From a virus (lineage: Duplodnaviria > Caudoviricetes), in the IMG/VR virus record IMGVR_UViG_3300027563_000002, positions 46,041-110,040 of that record: a stretch of DNA of 64,000 nucleotides. The stretch is one strand, 5' to 3'. Numbering within the stretch: the stretch's first letter is position 1; each line of letters begins with the position of its first letter. The notes under the pieces were generated by a model. The model was not told where the DNA came from, ran no database searches, and worked only from the letters and a program-made list of their open reading frames with translations. A program made the translations under genes and the position numbers. Positions 37,214-48,400 of the stretch are shown here, piece by piece.

Positions 37214-38409
37214 TTTCTTGGTGGTTGAACTGCTGTGGGCACGTTTCGGTACACACGTTTGGCAGGATCGTACACAGTTTTCATGGGACCCAGTCCGGCC
37301 AGCTTTTTGACTCTAGCAACCATGGCATCGTATTCATCATCGTAGTCAACTTCTTCGGGGTCACGGTAGTCCGCGCCCTTTTGTTGCTCACCTTCTGCCA
37401 TGCCTGGTTGTTGTGCACCACGAATGGCCTGCAACAACGCCCTAGCAACCACACGGTCTTTTTCTTTTTCTTCTTCAGGCAACTGAGCATAGTTTTGTTT
37501 CATCAACTGTGCTCGCTGTTGAAGTTTGGCTTCTAGTTTGCCGGCTGCGGCCAACTTTGCTGTGTCGTCAAACTGTTTGGGATCTTGTACAAATGCCTGT
37601 GCAGTGGTATTCCATCCTTTGTGGATGGCATCACTTATGGCTTCAATGTCTGTCACACCTTGATCGATCATCTGTTTGGCATAGGCAGCTGACTTCAAGT
37701 TGGCCTGCCAGCCAAATGTGTTGCCTGGTGTGCTACGACCGTAGCCGTATGCTTGATCCAATGCTGTATCACTTATGGTGGCCAACTGTTGTACACTGAG
37801 TGGCTGACCGGCATTTTCTCCCACACTGCGGCGGAAAAGTTTGGCATCATTAGCATCGTGTTTGCCGCGTTCTAGACCTTTTTCCCACTCGTCGTATTTG
37901 CGAGCTTGTTTTGTGGCACTGTAAGGATTGTCCTTGATAGTTTTGCGTTCTTGGTATGCGCGGCGGCCAAGTTCGTAAGCCACACCTACTCCAGCCAGTT
38001 CATACTCTTCCGCCACACCTTGTCCCAACACTTGACGAACTAATAGTTCAGGAGCAAAGTCCATATCACCGGCTAGTTCTCTTGCAGCCATCAACACTGC
38101 TTGTTTAGTTGGCTGTAATCTTTTTTCTTCTACATCTCTACGAAGTTTAAAAATAAGAGATTGTGCATCATACCCTAAATCTCTAACACCCTCCTCTACA
38201 CCTTCTGACTTGTTGCCATAGTTGCCAGCACCTTTTTTGCGGCACTGTACCAAGCGTCCGGACGCATAGGCTGAAGGCCACACCTTGGCCGACGCTTTGA
38301 CCTTGTAGTAACAAGCGTCTTTCTTTTCAGCCAGGATCAAGTCTGAGAAACTGATACCGCCGCATTCGGGGCATGGTTGCGGGGCTTCAAAAAGTTCGTC
38401 TATAATCAT
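37210..38409 (-). CDS. Putative head-internal modular polyprotein
   Basis: MIIDELFE; GVEE, GVAE, SVGE, GMAE junctions; RMF-like and RyR-like modules. Confidence 0.7.
   Translation of the reverse strand: MIIDELFEAPQPCPECGGISFSDLILAEKKDACYYKVKASAKVWPSAYASGRLVQCRKKGAGNYGNKSEGVEEGVRDLGYDAQSLIFKLRRDVEEKRLQPTKQAVLMAARELAGDMDFAPELLVRQVLGQGVAEEYELAGVGVAYELGRRAYQERKTIKDNPYSATKQARKYDEWEKGLERGKHDANDAKLFRRSVGENAGQPLSVQQLATISDTALDQAYGYGRSTPGNTFGWQANLKSAAYAKQMIDQGVTDIEAISDAIHKGWNTTAQAFVQDPKQFDDTAKLAAAGKLEAKLQQRAQLMKQNYAQLPEEEKEKDRVVARALLQAIRGAQQPGMAEGEQQKGADYRDPEEVDYDDEYDAMVARVKKLAGLGPMKTVYDPAKRVYRNVPTAVQPPRK
38008..38019 (-). repeat. GVAE junction repeat GGTGTGGCGGAA
   Basis: Seen directly in sequence. 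Confidence 0.85.
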
Positions 38410-38753
38410 TTCTTTTTAGTGGCCACGTTGATGGCCTTTCCTGTACGGTTAGGGTTGGGATCTTGTCTGCGCTTTCTTGCGGCTGCGCTCGCACGACCTT
38501 TTTTGCCCAGTGCATGTGCCTTGGCCTGTGGCAAACACTTGGGCTTGCCTTCTTTTGAACTACCTCTTGCACAGTCTCCACGGATCTTGCCGTCGGGACC
38601 AAAACGCACCCATTTTTCTCGGAACCAGTCTCGAAGATTTTCTTCTATATCCTGCTCGCTGATCTTTTCACAACTGCCTTTGGAATACTCCGTAGTACCA
38701 GGTTTACGGCGATAGCCGTCCCAGCAGGCTTCAAGAATTTCTCGGTATGTCAT
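38406..38753 (-). CDS. Small basic putative head-internal protein
   Basis: MTYREILE; IEE followed by NLRDWFREKWV; TAAATA 7 nt upstream. Confidence 0.65.
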   Translation of the reverse strand: MTYREILEACWDGYRRKPGTTEYSKGSCEKISEQDIEENLRDWFREKWVRFGPDGKIRGDCARGSSKEGKPKCLPQAKAHALGKKGRASAAARKRRQDPNPNRTGKAINVATKKK

Positions 38754-38759
38754 AATTGT

Positions 38760-39335
38760 TTATTTATAACCAATCTTCATGTAGCGTGTGTAGCGAGTTT
38801 CGGGATCTCTCAGTCGGCGTTGACCCCAATACACAGTGGTTTCCAAGGGAAACTTTAGATAAAACACGCCAGCACGTTCGGTTTCAATTCGGGGATCCAC
38901 CAAGTTGTCTCGGCCCTGCATCACTGTAAGTGTGCCTTTAGGCACACGTTGCATCCAGGCGCGACTCATTTCATTGGTACTGGTGTTGATCACTGTGATA
39001 CGTTTGTTGGGATACTCAATTTGTTCAGCACGACCCAGTACCAACTTCAGTCGGCCCGCACGATACAAGGGTTCCAGCAGTTGCCTTGCTGTGGCCAACC
39101 GGCGTGAGTTGATTTCCACCATGATCAGTTGATCAAAATCAATGTTGGCCTGTTGTAAAAATATGCCCAGATTACCGTACCATGAGCCCAGGATATAGAT
39201 ATCGCCGGCACTGCGACCGCCCAGTTCTTTTTTCAGTTGACTGCACAGCCAAGTCTTGCCGGTCACAAGATCTGGAGTAAAACTTCCTGCTAATGTGCTG
39301 GGACTGGCTTCGGCAGTAATTTCATAGTGTCGCAT
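38760..39335 (-). CDS. Methyltransferase-like protein with capsid-targeting-like N-terminus
   Basis: MRHYEITAE; ILGSWYG and VEIN Rossmann motifs. Confidence 0.6.
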   Translation of the reverse strand: MRHYEITAEASPSTLAGSFTPDLVTGKTWLCSQLKKELGGRSAGDIYILGSWYGNLGIFLQQANIDFDQLIMVEINSRRLATARQLLEPLYRAGRLKLVLGRAEQIEYPNKRITVINTSTNEMSRAWMQRVPKGTLTVMQGRDNLVDPRIETERAGVFYLKFPLETTVYWGQRRLRDPETRYTRYMKIGYK

Positions 39336-39343
39336 GGCCGAGT

Positions 39344-39772
39344 TTAATCCGCATTTTTGTTCTTGTCTTTTTCAGTAATGGGACCACCAGTGATCCAGGC
39401 CTTGCATGATCGTGTGCCTGCACACTTGAAGTGCAAAAAATTGCAGTAGCCTAGGTCAGCCAGGTTGATACTGGCATTGGCATCCACCCCAGTGGCATCA
39501 CCACGTATGCCCGCAGCAATACATTCTCTCATGCTGTTGCTCACATCAAATGCCGCACAGTTGCCACACTGCATGGTCCGTGCAGTAGCCACCGAAACAT
39601 TGAAAATCTTGGCACTCTTGGTCCAGTAGTCTTCAGCACGGTCAGGATTGGCAGGACCATAGTGATACTCATCTATGGCTGTTTGACGATTCTTTAGATT
39701 TTCATCTATGTCATGTGTGGCCAAGGGACAGCCGCGCTGCACTGCTTCAATCAAGTTGATATAGTTTCTCAC
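39344..39772 (-). CDS. Cys-rich putative virion protein
   Basis: MRNYINLIE; CGNC..C..C..C. Confidence 0.6.
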   Translation of the reverse strand: MRNYINLIEAVQRGCPLATHDIDENLKNRQTAIDEYHYGPANPDRAEDYWTKSAKIFNVSVATARTMQCGNCAAFDVSNSMRECIAAGIRGDATGVDANASINLADLGYCNFLHFKCAGTRSCKAWITGGPITEKDKNKNAD

Positions 39773-39774
39773 AA

Positions 39775-40362
39775 TTACAAAATTCCAGCAGCTGATTGCA
39801 ATTCACGCATGTCATTTTTGGTATCGTGTATCTGTTTAACTGGCAGGCCAGCGGCAGTGCGCCACTCATTTAGATCTGATTCGTGTGTGCGACGATAATC
39901 CGCAGGAGTCAGTGGCACAGTGCTGGCAAATGCTTCTTCTGAGAATGACTGTGTCCGACCATTGTACCGCATGGTCCAGTCTTCAGATTCGTGCTCTGTG
40001 AGTGTGCCCAGGTCATCAATCAGCTCGGCCACATACTGTGGTGCTGCACTGCGACGACGTATTTCCACATACACTAGATAACGGCTGGGTTTGATTTCGC
40101 CTGGTGAGCGATCAGCATCCAACACAAAGTCATAGCCCTTTTCAAACCAGGCCACCAGGTCCTTGGCAGCTTGTTTGTCACGCACAAAAAAGCTGATCAC
40201 AATGATGTCTTCATCATCGCCCATTTTGCCTGAAAATTCATCCACGTGAATGGTGGGCTTCATCATGCCTTCTAGGTCACGATACTGTAGCCCTTCAAGC
40301 AGCGGGAACGGGCTGGAGGTCTTGTTCGAGGTTTTGTTGTGCATCTTGGGCCTTTGCATCAC
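39775..40362 (-). CDS. Hypothetical protein
   Basis: ORF overlapping its neighbour; start uncertain. Confidence 0.6.
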   Translation of the reverse strand: MMQRPKMHNKTSNKTSSPFPLLEGLQYRDLEGMMKPTIHVDEFSGKMGDDEDIIVISFFVRDKQAAKDLVAWFEKGYDFVLDADRSPGEIKPSRYLVYVEIRRRSAAPQYVAELIDDLGTLTEHESEDWTMRYNGRTQSFSEEAFASTVPLTPADYRRTHESDLNEWRTAAGLPVKQIHDTKNDMRELQSAAGIL

Positions 40363-40906
40363 TTTGTGTGTCTTCTTTGTCTAGATCATTTTCATAGGCT
40401 GCATCTAGTTCACTCAGGTCAATGTCCTGATCTTCCATGTCTATGGCGCCTGTGCGGATCTCACTCATGAGTCGTTTGGGCATGACAATTTCCACCAGCC
40501 ACACAGGTTTTTCAACAATGCGAGCTTTTTTGGTACCAGGAATGTAGTCCGACGGATCATTGATCTGGATGGGAATCTTGATCTTTTGCTTTTTGTATGT
40601 GACCTTGCAATCAAATGGCAGTAGGCGTTTGCCGCCTCGGGGGTCGGGCATCATCTTTTCCGGCCACATGAATGTCACACCCACTGTGTATTTGTTGATA
40701 TCCGGTCCGGCTACTAATTCACCAATTTCCCAGTTCTTGAATGCGTAGATATCCATTTCGTCCAGCACACGCTCAAAGTCCAGCAGCGTGGTTAGACTGC
40801 CATCGCTCATGTAGATATCACGAATGTTGTCGGCCACCTGCCAATAATCTTCGTGATTTTTAAACAGCTCTTTGTCGTTGATGCCGTGGATGTTTTTGCT
40901 TTGCAT
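40295..40906 (-). CDS. Hypothetical protein
   Basis: 203 aa; TAAATA 7 nt upstream. Confidence 0.65.
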   Translation of the reverse strand: MQSKNIHGINDKELFKNHEDYWQVADNIRDIYMSDGSLTTLLDFERVLDEMDIYAFKNWEIGELVAGPDINKYTVGVTFMWPEKMMPDPRGGKRLLPFDCKVTYKKQKIKIPIQINDPSDYIPGTKKARIVEKPVWLVEIVMPKRLMSEIRTGAIDMEDQDIDLSELDAAYENDLDKEDTQSDAKAQDAQQNLEQDLQPVPAA

Positions 40907-40931
40907 GATAGTTTATTTATGGACCCTGTGA

Positions 40932-42473
40932 TCAGTATCCAAATCTTGCCTTGTAGGCCGCGTATTGTGCCTGCATTTGTGCAGTACTTAATACACCAGT
41001 CCAAACTTTGACCATGCCAATATTGCCGGCCGCGCACTCATTGCCGTCACTCTTGCTGTACAGTTTGAGTTGGTTAAATCCGCTGATGGTACTGCTGGTA
41101 TTGGTGTATGTTGGTGTTGATGTGGGCTGGACTGTGGTGCTTGAATATATGTTGCCCACAGTCTTAGTAAATGTCACAAAATCTATGTGCCACACAGTGT
41201 CTCTGGCAGCACTGGTCAAATTAATAGTGACTCCATTAGAGAACCAGGCTTTGGGATAATTTGAATATCCGCCCATGAGCCAGTCTGGGCTTGCGGTATT
41301 GGAGTTTAACAATCGACCGTAATTAGCAGTAGTACCAACATTTAACTTGTAGGCCATCATCACTGTGTATTTTGTGGCAGCACCAATGTTTGGGCCACCA
41401 GTGATATAAGCGGCAATACCGTCGCCACTGAAATAGTTGCTGAATATACCGCCCTGGGTACCGGCCCACGTGATTCTTGCACCTGTGATACTGGTTGATG
41501 ACTGTGACACACTGGCGCTGATGGTATACGTACCTGTGCTGCCAGTGGTACCGGTCAGTTGATTCACGATGTATGTATTAGCTGGAATTGAACCGCCGGT
41601 TATGGTCATACCTGTGGTGACAGTGCCAGTCAAGCCGCTGGCCACTGTGAGTGTTGTGCCTGTACTACTGCCAGTAAATGTTGCCACAGGCAAACTGTAT
41701 GTCAATGTATAAGTGCCGGTGACATCAGTGGTACCTGTTGTGAGAGCAGGCGCCGCTGTGGTTGTTGTGATTGTGCCAGTATTAGTTAATAAATAGTTAT
41801 TCAAAGACATATCCATAAACGGTGCGGCGGTTAATGGTAGTAATGCAACTGTACCCGACACAGCTCTCAGTGTAGTGGTTGGTGCAACAAAATTAGCAGT
41901 ATAAATTCCTGTGCCTTTGATTATGCGGAAGTTTGAAATATATCCGGGCCAATAAGTATTAGCAGCCGCTGTCATGTCACGCCCAATACTGAGAACAGAT
42001 GAACTATCATTGATATTATTGGTATCAGCATAGGTTGAACCTATTTGCGTTCCGTTTTGATATACACTTGTTTGACCACTAACTCTCGAAATAGCAAAAT
42101 GTACCCAAGTAGTCAAGTAACTAGATAGTACACTGCTAAATGTAAAATTACCATTTTCCCAAAAATAAAATGTGCCGCTTTCTATGCTGACTGCAACTGA
42201 TGCAGTTGGGGAGGTACCAACTGAGAATACTCGCGGAAAGGTACCTGCGCCGGTCTGATATTGCCACCATTCAATGGTAAAATCGCCCGTACCAAAGGCC
42301 CAATCAGTGCTGGCCGGTAATGTTAAATATTGGGTCGAACCGTCAAAACTGGCACTGGTTGTTATGCTGGTGCCAACTCGGCCGCCCAATGCGGCAGCAT
42401 CTAGATTGTACACCAGCGTGGCTGGTGCATCAATGCTGTAACTGGATAACAACCCACCCATTATTCCACTCAT
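40932..42473 (-). CDS. Tail/fibre protein with LamG (ConA-like) domains
   Basis: FGTGDFTIEWW, WVHFAISR, GYISNFRI; start MSGIMGG. Confidence 0.8.
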   Translation of the reverse strand: MSGIMGGLLSSYSIDAPATLVYNLDAAALGGRVGTSITTSASFDGSTQYLTLPASTDWAFGTGDFTIEWWQYQTGAGTFPRVFSVGTSPTASVAVSIESGTFYFWENGNFTFSSVLSSYLTTWVHFAISRVSGQTSVYQNGTQIGSTYADTNNINDSSSVLSIGRDMTAAANTYWPGYISNFRIIKGTGIYTANFVAPTTTLRAVSGTVALLPLTAAPFMDMSLNNYLLTNTGTITTTTAAPALTTGTTDVTGTYTLTYSLPVATFTGSSTGTTLTVASGLTGTVTTGMTITGGSIPANTYIVNQLTGTTGSTGTYTISASVSQSSTSITGARITWAGTQGGIFSNYFSGDGIAAYITGGPNIGAATKYTVMMAYKLNVGTTANYGRLLNSNTASPDWLMGGYSNYPKAWFSNGVTINLTSAARDTVWHIDFVTFTKTVGNIYSSTTVQPTSTPTYTNTSSTISGFNQLKLYSKSDGNECAAGNIGMVKVWTGVLSTAQMQAQYAAYKARFGY

Positions 42474-45400
42474 TATGTCAGTCCTGTTCCGTTGATGTAC
42501 CACACTGTGCTTGTGACCTTGACCGCAGTGGCCATGGCATTGGCTGATAGTGTTCTTGTGCCTGTTGAGCCTGTGCCTGCCAGATACAGGGTGTCTGACG
42601 TGATGGCAATGCTGGTGGCGCTTGAAGCCGGTCCGGCAATGAATGTTATGGCAGTGCCTATGGGGTACGCCACTGAACTGTTGGCAGGAATAGTAACTGT
42701 TTGACTGGCACCTGTGATGTAGACCAGTTTGCCAGCATCCACAATGGTCAGTGTACCTGTACCTGTTACAGAACTCACTGGCAGGCCTATGTAACCCACA
42801 CCGTTGGCAGGAGTTGCTGTGGTAGGTGCCAGCACGTTGGCCACAATACCTGTGTTGGCTATGACCAACACGTTGGCATTGCCAGCAGTGCTGAACAGTA
42901 TGTTTGCGCTGATAGTAGGAATACTGATGTTGCTGGTGCCATTGGCGTAGATACCAATCAAGTTACCGCCAGTGACATTGCCTGTGGCCGAGATCAATCC
43001 GCCAGTGCGTAAATTGCCACTCTGAACGTTGCCAGTCACACTGAGTACACCAACAGGTATATTGACATTGCCGGTTCCATTGGGGTTCAGGTTGATGTTG
43101 CCATTGGATGATGTATTGATCCACAATTCGCCTATGTCAACAATGTTACCTGTCAAGCTCAAGTTGCCTGCTGATGTGATGGTTCCTGTTGCAGATACGA
43201 TTCCTGCTGTCAATAAGTTGCCACCGGTGACATTGCCTGTGCCATTAATCAAGCCAGGAGTTGTAATATTACCACCAGCAATGTTTGACGTTACGTTTAG
43301 ATTGCTGACAACATTTGAGCTAAGACTCAGGCCAGCAGCATTTAGATTGCCGCCAGTGACATTGCCAGTGGCACTAACTAACCCACTTGTCAACACATTG
43401 CCACCAGTGATATTTGCTGCACTTGTGATAGTTGATGTTGCTGAAATCAATCCGCCTGTCAATATATTACCACCAGTAACGTTTGCACTTACACTTACTG
43501 TGGTACCTGTATGAGTAGTAGCATTGACATTGGCACCACCCAAAATGTTGCCACCTGTGACATTGCCTGTGGCACTGATTAGGCCGCCTGTGAGTATGTT
43601 GCCAGCTGTGACATTACCAGTCACTACCACGGCATTAGGAGTGACCACAACAACATTGGCTGTGCCACCAGAAGATATATTGACATTTCCGTTGGCTGCT
43701 GGTATGTTGACATTGCTTGTGCCATTTGAATAGTTGCCAACAAACTGTGCGGCAGAAAGACTTCCACCAACTGACACATTACCAGTTATGGTCATTGTTT
43801 CCAGCGTGTTCAGGGCAAAGATTGCGTTCATTGCCTTGACATAGGCACTACTGTTTACACCCAACGTTGTTGTAATACCACCTGCTTGAGTACCAGTTAC
43901 TCTAACTTTTACTGTTTGATTGGTTGAAGGAGTATAAACCAACTTGCTGATTATGTTAAAGTTATGCTGTGCATAATTATAGTTGTAACTATATGCTGTG
44001 GCGAATGATCCGCTATTACCATCTAATGCTGTGTTGGTAGAAGCATCAACCCAATCATACTGAACATATGCATCATTGGAACTTCCACTAAAAGTCCAAC
44101 TTGGAGTAAATGACAACTCATAAGTTGTACCAGCAACCAGTGTGTAAACACCAGTGCTGGTATTGTATGTGACTGAACTACCCACAGATTGGTCTGTTGT
44201 GTTTAGGATCACATCACCAGCACTTGTAAAAGTTTGGTTTGTTCCTGTTCTTGTGGTTGCTATGTAGTTTGTGGCAACGGTGCCAGTAGCAGTGGCTTGA
44301 ACCGCTATGGCAGGATTGACCTGTGTGATTTCAATTGTGGCATAATTAGCACTTACAGAGATTGTATTAACTGTGGTTTGTCTTAGTTCGTATGTGGTGT
44401 TAACACTGGGTGTGACATAGACAGTGGCCACATTGGTTGAACCGATTGCCGCTGAACCAGTTACTACTTCACTGAATCCTTCTATACCAACATAAGCGGC
44501 ATTGGTCACATCATACCATCTAAATGCGCCCCAGGTTGAACTTGAAGTCAATCGTCTAACAATGGCTTCTAATTTATAAGTATTACCGGCTGCCAGTGTC
44601 ACCTGCGAGTTGCTGGTCTTGGTTATGATACTGCCATTGCTGGCATTTGTGGTCTGAAAGTTAACAACGCCATTTAGTCCCACTGATTGGTCAGTGGTGT
44701 TTTGTGCCAGTAGATATGCTCCATTGACATAACCATAAGTTGTTGGCTGACCGTTGACGATAACACTGGTGGCAACCACATTACCAGCAGTGACGTTGCC
44801 GGTGACACTCACTGTGGTTCCTGTCAAGTTGCCCACAAACGAGTTGGCTGTGGTGATATTGCCTGTGGCAGATACTTGACCGGCTGTGAGTATGTTGCCG
44901 CCTGTAACATTAGCTGTGACGCTTACTGTGGTGCCTGTATGTGTGGTTGCATTGACATTGGCACCACCCAAGATGTTGCCACCAGTGATGTTGCCAGTAG
45001 CACTAACAACACCACCAGTTCTTACATTGCCACCTGTGATATTACCAGTTGCGCTGACAACCCCAGTCACAAACGCACCTGTGGTGGCAAATTGCACAAC
45101 GTTTGCAGTTCCGCCCACGCCCACAGTGATGTTGCCACCTGAGCTGACCACTGTGACATTACTTGTGCCAGAGTTGATGTTGGCCACTGAAGTGATCACA
45201 CCAGTCAGTAGTGCGCCATTGCCCAGAATGTAGTTGCCTGTGACATTGCCAGTGGCACTCACTTGACCAGCAGTCACAACATTGCCACCTGTGACGTTGC
45301 CCACTGCACTGATGCCAATGTTGCTGTTCCAGGCCTGGGCGCTGTAGTTGTACAAGAAAGTGGCTTCATTGGTGTTGCCAACCACAAATCCAGCACCGTT

Positions 45401-48400
45401 GGCACTGATGCCTGTGGTGGCGTTGGCCAGGCCAAATACCAAATTAGTCGTGGTAATATTGGTAAGATTGTTGTAGGTCAAGTTGCCTTGAACTTGTAGA
45501 TTACCAGTAACCACACCAGTTCCATTAATGGTCAGCCCACCTGCGGTAACATTGCCCACAGCACTGACATTGCCAGGAGCACTTAAATTACCAGTTTCAT
45601 CAAATTTCCAAAGCTTCACAGTCGCAACATTACCTGAATCAGATTGTGCTTGTAGTATCACCTTGGCAAGATTGTCGCCGGCTCTGTTAACAGCGACAGC
45701 CGCATACTGACTTGCCGCATTGGGATCTACAGTCCACGCTAGTGCCGCAGAACCACTATTACCCTGTCCTTGAACGCTGAATAGCTTTCCAGAGTCTGCA
45801 ATGATCTTAGGATACTGAACGTTTCCGTTATAATCAATTGATACACCAATAGGTAATGTTAAACTACCATCTGTGCCAAATGTCCATTGTGCTGAGTTTC
45901 CATTGGCATTATCGCTACCGATCACAACATTGCCGGTATTAGCCAGTTTTACATACTTGCCGTCATCACCAAAGTATTGGTCAAAATAAGCATTGTTGCC
46001 TGTATCAAGGTGTATGTGTGTGGCAACATCGCCACCACGCACTCGAATATATTGTAAATTGCCCACGCTTTCTGTGCCCGGAGCCAGGTACAGGCCACTG
46101 CCACCCACTTGATCACCAGTGCCTACCACAGCTTGATCGTCGAATGTGACATTGCCTGTGTTGCCACCACCTCCTCCAGCCGCAATCCAAGTTCCTGTGC
46201 CCGACAGCACATTGCTCACATTGCCATCTAGATTGATTGCAGCAACGTTGCCCAGGTTGTCAGCAATGATATTGCCAAACACCTGCAGTCCATCGTGTAC
46301 AGACACCAGGGTTGAGTCATCGCTGGTGATGTTGTTGATCACAAGATTAACAGCTGACAAATTGCCACCTGTGACATTGCCTGTGGCCGAAATCAATCCA
46401 CCTGTTAAGACATTGCCGCTGGTGACATTACCTGTGGTTGATACTGGATTGCTACCTAATGCGGCCAAGTTGGCCACAACGTCGGCATTGCCATATGTGG
46501 CGGCAATGCCAGTCAATTGACTTCCATTACCAATAAAAAAGTTACCAGAGACATTGGCAGTTGTGGTGATATTGGCTGCTGAAACCAGTGCCGACACAAC
46601 ATTACCTGACAAGCTGAGTCCGGTGGCATTTAAATTGCCACCATTGACGTTTGCTGCACTTGTGATAGTTGATGTTGCTGATATCAATCCACCTGTGAGT
46701 ACGTTACCACCAGTTACGTTTGCACTAACTGACACAGTGGTGCCTGTGTGCGTAGTTGCATTGACATTGGCGCCACCCAGAATATTACCACCTGTGATGT
46801 TGCCTGTGGTGCTGACTGGATTTGATCCCAATGCGGCCAAATTGGCCACAACATTGGCGTTGCCATACGTGGCTGCCAATCCAGTCAATTGTGAACCATT
46901 ACCAACAAAATAATTGCCTGTCACATTGCCCACAGCACTGACTTGTCCTGCAGTGGTAAGATTGCCAGTGGCTGTGTTCCCTGTAACATTTAGGCTAGTA
47001 AGAGTACCCACTGAAGTAATATTGGCCTGGGCTGCTGTGGTCACTGTGCCTGCTGTTGTGGCTGTGACTGCACTGCCAACTGCTATGTTTGACACATTGG
47101 CATCAGACACCACAATATTGGCCACCATACCACCATGAATACTACACTGATATTTGTAATTGCCTGTTATGCCATAAGGCACTTTCCAGTACAAGGTGCC
47201 CGCTACCTGACCCTGTGCTGCACTGTCAGCCAGCACTGTGCCTGTGGTGGCCACATGTGACAGGCCTGTGCTGTAGTTGGCACCAGCACTGTCTCTAATC
47301 AAGAATGGATGTCCAGACACATTTAGATTGAATGCCAGTGTCTGACCACTGGAAATATACAACACAGGATTCAGTGTGCTGGTGCCATACTGATCAAAAA
47401 TATACCCAGATGAGCCACTGGCTGTGACATTAAGTCTGGTTATGCCCTGCAGATACAATTCATCTGTGGTCAACCCTGCTGTGTTGAAAGTTGTTATGTT
47501 ACCAAAAGTCAATGAGCCCAGAGCTGAACCATTGCCCACAAAATAACCAGCAGTGACATTGCCTGTGGTTGACACAGGGTTTGTGTCTAATGCAGCCAAA
47601 TTGGCCACAACATTGGCATTGCCATATGTGGCTGCAATACCTGTCAGTTGTGAGCCATTGCCCAGGATGTAATTACCTGTAATATTGCCACTGGCACTGA
47701 GACTTGTGAGAATACCCACTGAGGTGATATTGGCCTGTGCATTTGAAGTAACTGTGCCAGCAGTTGTGGCCGAAGTAGCAGTGCCTGCTGAGGTAGCAAA
47801 TGTGGCGTTGGCCACTGTGCCTGTGACATTGGCTCCGGTGATTGACGTCAAGGCTGCACCATTGCCAATGATGTTGGCGCCGGTGATGTTGCCAGTGCTT
47901 GAGATTGTGCCTGTCACAACCATAGCGTTGGTGCCATAGTCAAATATAAAATTAGTACTGGCACCTGCATTGCCATTGGCGTTGTACAACACCTGAGTGT
48001 TTGAACCAGGCACTGTGAGGTTGCCAGAAATATTGCCAGCAAAAGTACCCACAAAATAACCAGCAGTGGTTATGTTGCCTGTGGTTGATATGGTGTTGGC
48101 TGTGAGATTGCCTGTGTATGTGGGCAAGAAAGCTCCCACATTGGCATTGCCATAGTTGGCAGGCAGCCCAGTCAGCTGTGAGCCATTGCCAAATATATAA
48201 CCAGCAGTGACATTGCCTGTGGTTGATACTGGATTAGAGCCCATTGCTGCCAGGTTGGCCACAACATTGGCATTGCCATAACTTGATGCGGCTATGATAC
48301 CTGTCAGTTGTGAGCCATTGCCCAGGATATAACCACCAGTGACATTGCCAGTGGTTGATACTGTGTTACTTCCAAAATTACTCAGCAATGTGACCACATT

